From assembly GCA_001949185.1 (NCBI GenBank), contig BDGG01000004.1:521620-585619 (forward strand): a stretch of 64,000 nt of DNA, read 5' to 3'. The notes below the pieces were generated by a model. The model had not been told where the DNA came from. It saw only the letters and a list, made by a program, of their open reading frames with translations, and made no database searches. Numbering within the stretch: the first letter of the stretch is position 1; each line of letters begins with the position of its first letter. The stretch comes from Ramazzottius varieornatus. Its lineage: Eukaryota > Animalia > Tardigrada. This document shows positions 11,844 to 24,522 of this stretch, in pieces. A program made the position numbers and the translations under genes.

Positions 11844-14562
11844 TTAGAATTCCCACGTCTTGAGCCATCTCAATCCATGCACCACACTCCTCGGGTCGTC
11901 AGCAAACGGTCCCGACATCCCATACGCTAACGGATAAAACAAATAAAAACTGTAGGCCAAAGCCAATAAACCAGTGAAAAACACTGCAAACCTGGCAAGA
12001 TTCAAAACTGTCGTTCTCGTCGCAAAAATACACACTACATCAATGCTAAACTCTAGAACCAGTCCTGTCAACATACAAGCAAACAAGTGCGCCGGAAAGT
12101 AATGATGATAATACAAAATCCTTCCCATTGCAAAGAACGGAATGTAATGGACAAACCACCCGAAAAATATCCACCTGCAAGCTGGCAGAAACTTCTCTGC
12201 GTAATACTCAATTTCAACTGGAACAACCACCTTTCTCTTCCTTCGAACAGCTACGAACACTTCTAGCAAACCGTACGCAATCCACACAGCTATATTGGTC
12301 CACCAAATGATCGGGTTGCCTAACAGGTACACCCTATGTTCAGCGCCTGAGAAGAACTGGCCGCGGAGGTTGATGGGCCACTGCCACGGTCGTGACACCG
12401 CCATCTCGGTTTCCTTCGCTTTGAGCTGACTGTTACCTTCCAACATGACTTTGTGTGACTCGATGAAGCGACGGAAGAAGCTGGGTGCGTGAGAGCTAAA
12501 TGTAATGTTGGGGAGAAGAGGGAAGTAGACCCACTCAATGTGGAAAAGCTGGTTGGCGAAGGTGGCCTTCTTAGGACGAGGGTCGCAGGTAACTTCGAGT
12601 TGTTCGAAGGCCCATTTAGGTAGTTGCTTCTTGACGGATTGCAGAGCACAACCTGTGGCGTTATGGAGAAGACGGAAGTGGGAAGTCATGGTGTGGAGTT
12701 CTTGGTTGGGATGACCGTTCTCAATCTCAACGACCCAGACTTCGTTCGAGTCGGAAGAGTTGTACCCGAAACCGCTCACCTAGAGAAAGATCGATCAACA
12801 AAAACATCAGAAGAGGGGCTCAACTAGACGAAAACCGTGACGTTGACTTCGATGAGGATCTCAGTATAGTATTCGACTACTGATTCATTTGATTTCATTT
12901 GGACATTGCAGTGCTATGGCTCATAAGGCGCTGCGACAATGAAATTTTTCTACGAGTTGTTGCGCACCTGATAATGATGGCGGGTGATCGGTGCGGAAAT
13001 GTTTTCAACGTGCAAGTTTCTTCCGGTCACGACATGCGTCAGTTTCACCAAGTCGCCATTCTTCACAACCTGGATATCATTCGTAACAGCAATCACCCCC
13101 ACGTCGTCCACTTTCCGAATCTGCCAGATATTGTTATCGTCTTTGTGGCTATAACAGGTCACTTGCTGCCTCAGCAGCCCGGTAGTGTCGCTCGCCACCT
13201 GATTGGGATAGGCATGGACATGCGAGTGAAGGTACGCTCCATTGCCCTTCGTGTTCTTCAGAGCTACCATGGCCCCATACGCCACTTCCCCTGGCATACT
13301 CGCGTTGTTCAACGGGTTTCCTTCGAGGACAGATTGAAAGGCTGAACTGTAGAACCCGTCACCCGGACCTGATTTTGATAGGATTGCCAGGTGAACGGCG
13401 AAGAAGGCGATGTAACACAGCGAGGGAACGAGGATCAGACAAACAGCACGATGGGAGAACTGAATGAGAAAGTGCGAAAGGGAGGTTTGGTCGTTCGCCC
13501 AGAGGAGGCACAAGCGGAAGACTGTGATCAGACCGACCCAGAGGACTACAAAGAGACCGACGAATTTAACTGACATAGCACACGATAGGAGGACGCCACA
13601 AAGAATGGACCATAGCCACCAGCGGATGCCTTTCTCTTCTCCGGTTTCGTACTTCCAACTTCGAACACAAGACCAGGACGTAGCCATGATGAAGAACAGA
13701 AGCGGAGAATCCAACAGGATGTACCTGCAAACAAACAGCGACCTCGGAACAGGTCTCAGACCAGGACGACAGCAACCTGAATACAAATAACCGCAGCAAA
13801 CAACGCGAACAGCGCACCCTAGAGCACGATGCTCTAGGACGTGACCATGACCAAGCGGTACAGAGCGGTAAGTACATAGATACTGAATTAGCACTGATTG
13901 CTATGAAGTGTTTGTACGTATGTTGATGTCTCAATTCGAAGAGCCGATTTTTCATCTTTCTGTTCGAGTGCTGTATACGCCTACCTTGTCAAAGTTATCA
14001 TTCCCGTGTCGAACAGCATACATCCGCTCGAGATGGTAGCTGCTCTAACGGAGTGCGACAGCTGGTAGACTGTGTCGAAGATGAGAGGCACCAAAAGAGC
14101 TCCCAGGATTGCACAGTAGACGCGCATTCCGACGTAGCGATGCTCGAAGAAGAAATCGCCTGGCTTATCCCACGCGAACGTTCCATTGTACCCTGTCAAA
14201 TATCCTACGAGGGATATGGACATTTTCCCCAGAGGTGGATGCACGTCGAAGAAGAATGTGCGGTTGATGTACCAGCTTGCCATCTTCCCAAAGTGCACCT
14301 CGTCCCAGCAAACCCATGGTGGTTGATCCACCTTGTAAAGACGAGTGACGAAGCTGAGGATTGTCAGGGAGGTCAAAGCGATGTAGTAAGAACCATTCCA
14401 TTGAATCCATTCTTCTGGAGGAGCGACAGTTGCTGAATTTGCGCTGTCGGACGGCCCCGGAAATTTGCTTACGTTGCTGTTCTTTGACTTCCGGTCGTCG
14501 CTGTGACGCTTGATTGTCTGGGTTGATTGGGTGCTCTTGCAGTCGGACTTCATCATCGTCAT
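11844..14562 (-). CDS. POMT2: Dolichyl-phosphate-mannose:protein O-mannosyltransferase 2; 3 coding exons (~14562-13984, ~13725-12971, ~12779-11844)
   Basis: VCWDEVHFGK, FFDVHPPLGK, MIR-domain YLHSH/QQVTCY, PWQWPINLRGQFF, GRILYYHHYFPA; C-terminal WLKTWEF is POMT2-like. Confidence 0.92.
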
Positions 14563-15200
14563 TCCTCCCGCCTGAGAAAGCACGTTGAAGCGTTATCTAG
14601 GAGTTTGAAATCTGGAACACACATCAACAAATGAAACGAAAATGACATCCAGATCTTCCATTCTGAATTCGGAATCTGAAAGATGAACAGATCATGAAAT
14701 ATTTAAAATTTTGTTTTCCGGCTTTCCCACCTCAGCTGGCGCACCTGCTGTACGTACGTCGTTTGTCGGCGCGCCACGGCTACGCCGCTACTGCAACAAG
14801 AGTCTGTGGCGCACCATACCCTGTCCGAGATCCAGCTACAGTGCGTATGTCTCCTGTCTAGCATGAGCGGGGTAACTCGCCGTTCGGCGAGCCCTCAAAG
14901 ACGGTACTGTTATAGATTGTCTCTCTTCAATTTCAAATAAACCAGATTCTTTTGCTGTATTCCGAAATACCTTTCCTTGCACCTTCTGTTCTGGTTACTT
15001 CCGGTTACGACAGATTTATAGTGCTTTTATTTCTACGAGATCTCAACGTCGCTGCGAATCGAACGGATATTCGCAGGAAGGACCTTTATCCGGTAAGAAA
15101 ATCTACTACCTTTTGATTATACCGAAAGGTTTGTTGTGGTTTTCGTAGTGTCATCTCTCTTCTTTTTCCTTCGCAGAAACTTTGAACATCTGGACGAAAC

Positions 15201-15972
15201 ATGTCCGTCTCTCTAGGTTCCGATGCTGCACTTGCGGTACGATGGAGACATCTTCAGCTGAGCCGTGCGAAACTGAAAGCGAGCAGTCGCACCTCTGCGT
15301 TGTTGAGTGGCTTCGCCATGGTAAGCCTCGTGTCTTCATCGAAAGTGGCGTGACGTCATGCGTAGCGAAGTTCACCGTACCGTAATGCATCCCCTGTGGT
15401 TTGCGCCCAGTCTCCGTACGAAGGCCCGGGTCGGGAAGAACGGATAGTCTAAAAGTGCGTTTGAGGCTCGTTTAACGTGCGAACCGTCTTTTAAGGTGGC
15501 CATGGTCGAAGTGCAACTGGAAGAAAAGATCGTCGAAGGGAGAGAAGGTCTCATCATCGCCTTCTGCATCTGCACGACCCTGCTCGTAGCCGTACACATG
15601 CTGTCCCTGATGATCAGTACGTGCATCCTGCCGAACCTCGAAGCAGCCTGTTCCTCACGGGACGCCATCGAACATTCTTCCCACGTTCAGATGCGCTACT
15701 ATATAGAAGCTTCCTGGATCTGTAGTACCCTGATAGGTCTTTTCCTTTTTCTGGTGGACATTGGACTGCTGTGTTGGGTAAAGTTTTACCCATTGAGCCA
15801 TATGGCAGCCTACATGGCCACTGCAGTCCTGGTTCCTCTCATCGTCGTTTTCCTCCTGTTCGCCTTCCATTTCTACCGGTCCCTAGTCCTACACTCTGCC
15901 AACAGAGTGAATAACGAGTTGCACGTTTTGGACAGCGAACTGAAAAAGCTTCAGTCAAACGACATAGTCTGA
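15201..15972 (+). CDS. Orai: Orai CRAC channel subunit, 2 coding exons (15201-15320, 15496-15972), 198 aa
   Basis: Spliced protein [40 protein letters not shown]|VAMVEVQL...LLCWVKF...[10 protein letters not shown]; in-frame TGA upstream of the ATG. Confidence 0.95.
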
Positions 15973-16340
15973 TAATTTTCATGTGTCAGTTTTCCGCTCC
16001 TTTTTTTCATCTTTCTGCAAACATCAAGTTAGTTATGGAGCTCATTGCTTGCTTCTCAAATTCAGTTTTCGTTTTTTAATATTTTACTTGTAATCTGGAA
16101 GCTTTCCTCTTTTGGGTGTACACCTTTCTTTTATTGAAAACTTCGAACCTGTGCCTTTGGATTGTCGTCTGTGATGTTATTCGGTGATGTCAGCAGCAGC
16201 TACTTTGAAACATGATGGAATTCACAATAAAATTTCTGACGGTGTTCATTCTCTCGTCGAGAGACGGAAATCAGAGGACATCGCTGTACCAGAACATTCG
16301 ACGATAAACATCATTCAGACAAAGAATGGGCAACACAGAC

Positions 16341-17345
16341 CTAAGAAACCAGAGCGGAAGCTGTGGCCGACTCACTACAAGAGAAAGAAATAACGTTAGC
16401 GAAGAAATGAGAATATTTGAAAAGCAAATATTCGCCCGTGTGTTAGGAGCGCAGCAAACAAGGTCAATCAAGTATTCTTCGAAGTGGTGCACGCTTATAT
16501 TGTGTTTGGCTGTAAACGTGCGCCACTTGGGTAAAGCCATCCAGCTGAGTTCGTAGTTTATGAATACACGACTTACTATTTCCAGGCAGGAGGCAGAACG
16601 CGAGTCGTTTTGAAATACCGAGACAGACGGTGGATTTTGCTTTCTACCAGAATCAGTCTGAACTTGGCATCTCGATCCTGTAAATCGGACACACTGCGTC
16701 AGCTCCTACTGAAAACTTGACGCAAAATTCATCGAACGTACCTTTCGGTTGCGCTCCAAATGTTTCCTTATGGCCACAGCTTTCTTGATCAAATGGTACA
16801 AATCTTCAGGCAGATCAGGACCAAGTCCCTTAGCCTTGAGGATACGCAAAATCTTGCTTCCAGTGAGGAAACGGACTTGTGCGACACCGTGGGAATCCCG
16901 AAGAATAACACCTGTGAAAAGAAACCAATCAACAATCAACAGAAAAGTCAAAACCCATTCAGAGTTTCAGATACTCCCGTCCTCTGACCACTCACCGATC
17001 TGAGATGGAGTCAATCCCTTTTTCGCCAGCTTGCACATAACATCTACGATCTCCTCGGTAGTTGCCTTTTGCCACTGCAACGGAAGAAGAACGTGAACAA
17101 TATCTTATAGCAGATTCAAACCACGAACAAACGACAGACAATTCAATGCAATGTATTCAGACGCTTACCGATGGCACAGATCGGCGATAGGGCAACGCTG
17201 ACTGCGAGATACCTTTTCTAAAACCATCAAACCAATGTTGAGAGAAGCATACACAGTAATTTTCTCGGAGTACACAGCGATGAATGTTTCGGCGAGGTGT
17301 CAACATCAACGGTGTTACTTACCCTGGTGCGTGCATACGGCCCAT
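16341..17345 (-). CDS. RPS13: 40S ribosomal protein S13 (uS15), 6 coding exons
   Basis: MGRMHAPG|[15 protein letters not shown]...[57 protein letters not shown]|[18 protein letters not shown]...|[10 protein letters not shown]. Confidence 0.97.
16452..16555. repeat. Intronic palindrome family copy 5 (last RPS13 intron)
   Basis: gaagtggtgcacg...cgtgcgccacttggg. Confidence 0.7.
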
Positions 17346-18099
17346 GTTTGTGGCTTTTTATGGATGTCCTGGTCGACCAATACACAAATAATCCACAGGG
17401 TGACGAGATGGGAGCAGGAAATCCTGGCAAATCACGGGAATGACCGACGCAGCCAGATGGGTCCTACAAGAGAATGAAAGCAGACGAGAAGAGCGACGAA
17501 GAACTCGCAGTAGACCTGCTCAACAATCAACCACAAGAAACTGCTGCGGCGAAAATTCCGAAGAAGACGGAAGTGGAAGGGCGGTGCTTCCTCTAACGTC
17601 ACGGCCATATGGTATGCTTTATGCGATATACACTTGAAAATCGCACTGATGTCGTCATAGATTAGCAGGAATTATTACGTAGTTCTGTTTGTTTTGTACC
17701 GCCGACCTCATAAAGCGAATAAGTAATTTATTTTTTTTTCAATGGACGGCGGCGCAGTAGAATTTTCAGACCAGCCCCTGGCCGTAAGCAGTAACAGCTG
17801 TCCAAGTGGCTCCCTGTACCAGCCGTTGATTCTCGAAAACCACAAGACCCGAAGCACGCTCCACAGCGCTTCGCAGTTGAGTGGCCACCTGACACTGTCA
17901 CTTCTTGCAGCCAAGTGTTGGTCTGAAGATTTTATTGGGCAGCCACCTCCGGCGGTCGGACTCTCTTGGGATTTTGCCATTCAACGGAATCTTCTTCACC
18001 CTCTGCGGGTTTTTCTTCGTCTCTCACTTTCTCATCTTCTTGTACTAGGTGTACCTTGGAAAACTCGAGTGAATATACCGGCAGGGGAAGGCAGGAAGA

Positions 18100-18597
18100 A
18101 TGGCACCAAATCAAGGACAGTACGACTCGACAACGGCGTCGTTTGACGAATTTGCCCATCCGGAGCTAAAGGAATACAGGAAGCCGTCTACCCTTAGGCA
18201 GAAGTTTACCAGACTTTTCACCGATATGCCTGTTTTTCCCATCGGCATGCTGGGCTTTTGCAGTATGGCGGGTTACGGTAAGCTGATGACATTAATTTTT
18301 CAGAATTTTCTTGCGCCCAGAAAGCATCCGGAAAGCTGATGCAAGCTTGGCTGCGGTTGGCCTCTCAATCAACAATCAAACTTGTCTGATGGGTTCTTCC
18401 TGTTTTCAGGCATATGGAAATATCAGAGGATGCCCATCAAAGACTCCGTTTCCAAAACTCTGTATTTCACTGGCTTAAGGATAGCAGCACAAGGCCTGGC
18501 AGTGGGTATCATTGTTGCGGGAGCTGCTCATCACGTCTACAAAGATTACATGTGGAATAAAGAGCATCCTGGTGAGGAGCGTCCCCGAGACTTGTGA
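18100..18597 (+). CDS. HIGD1: HIG1 domain (hypoxia-inducible/Rcf1-like) mitochondrial membrane protein, 2 exons (18100-~18277, ~18410-18597)
   Basis: KFTRLFTDMPVFPIGMLGF...LYFTGLRIAAQGLAVG matches the HIG1 signature (PxxPIG...RxxAQG). Confidence 0.85.
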
Positions 18598-20055
18598 TTT
18601 TGTCACAGAAGCTCGGTGAGAAATATATTCGCCATGTACTGAGGTGGGTTTTTCTATCGCGGTTCTATCGCGGTAAAGGAGTGTTCGACGGTATGAATAG
18701 TTTATTTTCTTCTGTCTGAGAGAGCACTATAGCTTTCGTGGTAGTGTACCGACTCTGTCGGCACTCCACAACACTGTACGTAGAGATCCCTGTGTTGCTT
18801 GTTTGCTGCGTTCTTTTCTTTTACATCTTCATTCGATAATGCAAGATTTTATTCGATAATGCAAGATTTTATTTATCGTGATCATAGAAATGAGCCAAAT
18901 GACGACCTATTCTATTCTGTATTCACGTGCTGTTGGCCGTCTTGGCCGAGAGACGTCAGTCTAGAGTTTTTAGTGTGATTCGTGCGGCAATGAAGTTCCC
19001 TCCCGTTTTCCCAACGGTTTCATCTGTCTTTCCTCTCTAACAAGGCTGAGTGCCTCCAAGGATCTCCGACGACCTTCACCTGGTCAGGTAGCACTGCTCC
19101 CGCGGACAGTAGGATAAAGTATCCAGGATTCGGCCAGTAGCCTCTTCAAAAGGGATTAATGTCGGATCTTCGAGGGCTTCTTCCTTTCTGTGGACCGAAG
19201 CGAGGTAGGTCGTAAGATTTACAGGTAGCTAGCGGTGTGAAGTACAGGTGAGGCGTTTGCCTAATTTCTTGGAGTGCAGGAAGCTTTGTGGTGCCAGGTT
19301 ACTGGACAACCGGCAGAAAGTACAGGGGGATACTGACGTGTGAGTTTGTGTAGGGAAATTACAGCTTGACCGAGTTTGCCGAGTCCTTTTATTCTATCAA
19401 TTTAGAGTAACGTCTGAATAAATACTCCTCGCTACCGGACGTAAAACTTTGTTCATCGGGAGTTCTACGGAGGCGACTACCTTATATTTTGAACCGATAT
19501 TCTTGGGCATTTCGCCCTTGAGACTTACGCAACTGTCGCGTACGAGCTGCCAGAACGCAAGAATTTCATCGGAATTTTTTTCACGCCTGCGCAATGTCCA
19601 CCTCAGCAGACCTAACAACCGGTGTTCGGCCGACGTTTGGAGCGCTTTTTGGAAATTCCGAACATGTTGACTGGTGGTGACCAGGTGGTCTGACGGCGTG
19701 TTGGGCCGTACTTGATGTTGTCAAGCCGATCTGTGTTTTCGATAATTCACTGCGTAAATCGCCTGTCGAACGCTGCTGTCGAGTCGACTGGACCGCGAAA
19801 CCGCACGATCGATCACAGCAGCACGATGTTATTGTCTGCATGGGGGTCTCCGATGTTCCCGGTACCCAGCCCGGTACTGCACCGGTGTCAGTTAATATTT
19901 TGCCCAAACGATACTCCGGTATAGTACCTGGGTGGTACAACTAGTCGGCATTCTGCACCGTCGGGAGTGTAAGCAAACGATTTTATATCAGATACATCAG
20001 CCAGCCACATGGTTGGTGGATATAAAAGTCAGTTAACACACTGGTCACGCGATAT

Positions 20056-20240
20056 TATAGAGATTGCGAGGGAAGGCGCACTAGCACAATTCGATACACA
20101 CAGGAACATCGTGATATCATAGGAACAAGTTCGTCTCGTAGGATTTGTGTTAAAAGAGTCGCACAATGTTTACATATGATGTTACGATGTTCCATTGCGT
20201 ATCGAATTGTGCTAGTACTCTTTTGCTCGCAATCTGTATA
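20056..20240. mobile_element. ~185 bp MITE with long TIRs; second copy at 43344-43529 in opposite orientation
   Basis: agattgcgag...ctagcacaattcgatac / gtatcgaattgtgctag...ctcgcaatct; internal segment is reverse-complementary to that of the 43344 copy. Confidence 0.8.
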
Positions 20241-20272
20241 TTCATGGTCGGCATTGTGGGCAAGTACCACCC

Positions 20273-20691
20273 TAGAGCACTGGGCCGCAGTTCCAAAAGT
20301 ACGCTGTAACTGTGCTGCGCACATTATCAGGGCGCAGTACGCTGTGCTGTGCTGCACAACTTTCACGCTCAGTGGCTAAGCAGCTGTGCTGCAGGTGCAC
20401 GTTGACCTGGTGCAACTGCGCGGAACGCCGATGTATTGACGTGATGTGTAATTCAGTCAGAGAAATCAGTAGTCAACCTGGAGAACGTTGCCCTAAAGTA
20501 CGGCAAAGCTGAGACGGCTGACGTTCGAATGCCCAAAAACTGTGATTTTGTTAGGTTTCGGTAGGTGCATCTGCGCGGTAATCTATGGCTTTCTGATGTA
20601 TGCTGTGCTGTGCCGCACAAATTTCGTCAGTCCACGCGCTGCAGCTATGCTGCAGTGCAGTACAGCACATGCGGCCAGATTCCGTGCTCTA
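20273..20691. mobile_element. Foldback element with TAGAGCAC...GTGCTCTA ends and GCAG/CTGTG subterminal repeats
   Basis: tagagcactgggccgca / tgcggccagattccgtgctcta; no TSD recognised. Confidence 0.5.
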
Positions 20692-20963
20692 CTCTGACCC
20701 CGCTTACATTGCCGGCCGAAATCATAATTCAGTCCACTCGTTCGAGATGTGTTACGTACTAAAAACTGAAAGATCAGGTAAATAACGAGCCTGCTCGCCA
20801 TGCCGCAGTTTAGCTAGACGCATGCGACTTGATTACTTGATTACATCGGTCGAAGCAGGATGCTATGTGTATGTTCTGCAATTTCGAATGTTGGCTAGGC
20901 ATGCGATAGGGTGAATGTATGGCGGGCGCACAATTGAAACCGCGAAAGTAGGTAACACATCTA

Positions 20964-23536
20964 TAGTGTTGGGATAAATACGATAAAATACGATATATCA
21001 GGTGATGAGGTATGACTTGTCGGCCACCAACATAAAATTTTATTACAACTTTCCCCAGTTTGAAGCTAATCCTTTTCAATCGAAGTATTCACCATTACTA
21101 TCGACACACTTTTGCCATTTTTCCGGTAGACAAGATACGCCTTTACGGAAGAACTCGAGAGAAAGAGAACCGGCGAAGTTCTCGAAGGCACTTTTCACAG
21201 CTTCTTCGGAATTAAATTTTCTTTCTCTCAAAAAGTTATCAAAATTCAAAAAGAAGTGATAATCTGTTGGAGCTAAGTCAGGACTGTATGGTGGATGAGG
21301 AAGAGTTTCCAGACCGAGCTCGCGTAATTTGGCAGAAGTCTTTTTCGCGGAGTGAGCTTTTGCGTTGTCGTGTAGCAGCAGGGGCTTGTCACGATTGACC
21401 AATTTTGGTTGCTTGACGGTCAGCTTCTTCATCATTTCCTCCAGTTACAGAGAGTAGTAGTCTTCTACTATTGTTTTGCCAGGAGGAAGAAAGTCACAGT
21501 GCACTATCCCTTCCATTGTCCACCAAACAGTAACCATGATCTTGCGTTGGTGAGGTTCAGGCTTTGGAGTAGTTTTCGGGACTTCACCTGGGCTCAAAAT
21601 TACCTTCTTCCGCTTCCGGTTGTTGTAAAGAATCCACTTCTCATCACACGTAACAATTCGATGCAGGAAAGGTTCGTTTCTGGAACGGTTGAGGAGAGAA
21701 AGACACGTCCACACGATGCCTTTTCTGGAGTGCGCTAAGTTCATGAGGTACCCACTTTTCCAACTTTTTCACCTTACCGATCTGACGAAGGTGCAAATCG
21801 ATAGTCACGGGTGATACGTTGAAGTGTTGAGACAATACGGCAGACGTTTGGGAAGGATCGGACTCCACCAGCTTTCTCAGCTCGTCGTTGTTCACTTTCA
21901 GTTTTGGCCTTCCGTGAGGGTGGTCTTCGAGACTGAAATCTCCCGAACGGAAACGAGCATACCATCGTTCCACCGTACGTTCGTTAGTGGCGTCTTCACC
22001 AAACACATTGTTGATATTCCGGGCTGTCCGTGCTGCCTTGGTGCCGCGACGAAATTCATACTCGAAAATAGTCCGTACCTTGCTCTTGTCCATGGGCGCG
22101 CCAATAATTCCAGAGAGGGCAGAAGCAACAAACTAACATAAACGAAGCAGCGAAAGATAGTAGACGAACACTAGCATTGACACAAAAAAAACGACACGAA
22201 ACGATCGCGCTAAAAGAGAGAGATATGGATTTTTCAATGTGAGACTGGTGTGAGCCGACAAGTCATACCTTATCACCTGATATTTTCTGATAAATATCTT
22301 TTAATATTTATACTTCGTTTTAGATATCAACCATGTATTGATATTTCGATCTGATACTTTCTGATATTTTATTGTTGATATATCGAATTTTATTGCAGTG
22401 ATATATCGATACATCAAGCCAGTACCATGTTGGAAACTATCGAAATCAAGAAAGAGCCAAAGAGAAACCAAACGGCTGCCGTTCACTACGTTCGAGTCAG
22501 AAAAAAAGTCAAATCTCTTCGTGAATGCGAGTGTGTTCGTTGCTCAATCTATCAAGGTCTGTCGTTACGCACCTAGGTACGCTGACTGTTCATTTCTCCG
22601 AAGTCAGCTTGGATGCATGTGCGCGATACATTACGGGCGAGGCTGCGCTGCCAGCGCGGTACCGAACCGGAGTATTACAGAGATTAAGTTGCCACCCGGT
22701 TCACTTTGCAACTGTAGCTACGGCCTTGCTCCGCCCCTTTCGTGACGTATAACTACATTTCGCTTTCCGGAGCTCCCCTTATTTTCGGAAAACAGCGTAA
22801 TCGAAGTTACGGTTAGCTAGCATTGGGAATCATGGTGGCTTCCAACTATTCAAAGTTCTGATCAATTGTCTTCGTCATCAGTGACGTTGCAACTCATTTT
22901 AGCTACAGTCGGACTTTCATCTGGCGGTGGCAACTAATAATGTTTGTATTGACTTCCGAAGTTCCGATTCTCAAGTGCGGGTTTTCGATTTATCGATATA
23001 TCAGAAATATATCGATATACCGCGATATGATATTTTCGTTTATCATATTCCGCTCAGCGATACTCCGTCCATATCGATATTTCGATATGATATTTTTGTC
23101 ATATAGAATCCCTGTGATGTGCTATATTTCGGTAAGATACGATATATCATATCTATCCCAGCACTAGCCTTATGTTTGACGAGCGAAAAGCATCTACAGT
23201 CCACTCGTTCGAGATGTGTTGATAGATCTTGATAGATTGAGCAACGAACACACTCGCGTACACGAAGACATCTGACTTTTGTTCTGACTCGAACGGAGTG
23301 AACGGCAGACGTTTGGTTTCTCTTTGGCTCTTTCTTTATCTCGATAGTTTTCAACATGGTACTGGCTTGATATATCGATATATCACTGCAATAAAATTCG
23401 ATATATCAACAATAAAATATCAGAAAGTATCATATCGAAATATCGATACATGGTTGATATCTAAAACGAAGTATAAATATTGAAAGATTTATCAGAAAAT
23501 ATCATATCGTACCTTATCGTATTTATCCCAGCACTA
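20964..23536. mobile_element. hAT-like non-autonomous element complex with CGATA-rich arms (ends TAGTG[T/C]TGGGATA) hosting the mariner; extra inverted left arm at ~23219-23536
   Basis: ~300 bp inverted similarity between 22283-22556 and 23219-23510; tatcccagcacta ends at 23166 and 23536. Confidence 0.6.
20998..22280 (-). mobile_element. Full-length mariner (DD34D) DNA transposon with frameshifted transposase (22093 to 21076)
   Basis: TIRs TCAGGTGAT[G/A]AGGTATGACTTGTCGGC flanked by TA; WVPHEL, IVTCDEKW, LLHDNAKAH and HPPYSPDLAPTDYHFF motifs spread over three reading frames. Confidence 0.95.
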
Positions 23537-24522
23537 CATAAGGCCATCCTACATAAGGCCATCACACCATATGTATAAGACTTATGCTGTGCAGATATCC
23601 ACGGCTTATGTTTTTCCTCATATCGGTGCACATAATTTTCGAATTCTGTACCACCTGAGTGTCTTGCCCGATTGACCTGTTAAGTTTAAAATTCCAAATT
23701 TTAATCTAATTACCCTGTTGCGTCAGGTTGCAGCTGACAACCCTTCCCAGTTCGCGAGTAACGCTGCGCGCTTCAAGGTGTAGGACGAGATAGCAAAGGC
23801 ACTGAGAGATCCGAAGGTGGGGATCACGGCACAGGCACGAAGCTCTCAGCTGAAGGTAGATGAGATGTTGGACGCCCAAGATTCCTTGATGAACAAGCCC
23901 ATCCGTGTGGTAGCGAAGAGGAGCGGAAGTTGAATTCGTTTTGAGGACGAGCTTTCAATCGGAACTTCAGCAATCCAACCGCTCCGCCGATAGCCAAGAG
24001 CCTCTTGAGCTTACCTCGTCGAGCCATAGCTGAACAAAATTGAGGAAGAACAAATGGAAGATCTCAAGACTGAAACGAAAGAAAAGTTTTGGATGAGTTG
24101 AGTAGCCACGTTTCCGACTGAAAGCTGGAAATTTACCCCACATTTCCGCATTTCCGGTTTCTTATGCCCCCATCCTGCTTATGCTATGTTTTTATGCGGA
24201 CGAGCGAAACGATTTGTGCGTAGAATTTGACATAGTATAAAATCCTGTGATTCTGTGCTATTCAAGTCAGAAATCTGACGGGCGAAAAGCACCTAATAAT
24301 CCACAACCATCATGATGCCTTTCGACGAGCGAGGTGGTCGTACTTTTCAATGTTACTCTCCACAAGGTGCGGTAATCTAACACTAGTCAGGTCAAAACCT
24401 AACGAGGTAGAATAGTCTGGAAAGGTATGACGATCTTGACCGAAACATTGCCTTAAAAATCAGCATGCAAAAACAGTATCACAGAAACCTACTGCTCGTC
24501 CAATTAAGTCTAGCAACCTTCA

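Noticed and set aside
16375-16575. snoRNA in an RPS13 intron
   Set aside because: No convincing terminal C/D or H/ACA boxes; the intron is occupied by the palindrome family.
18831-18870. 20 bp tandem duplication attcgataatgcaagatttt
   Set aside because: Simple local duplication with no evident function.
18950-19950. Possible TE or gene relic
   Set aside because: No recognisable domain or termini.
23824-24027. 67-aa minus-strand ORF MARRGKLKRLL
   Set aside because: No homology recognised and no supporting exon structure.
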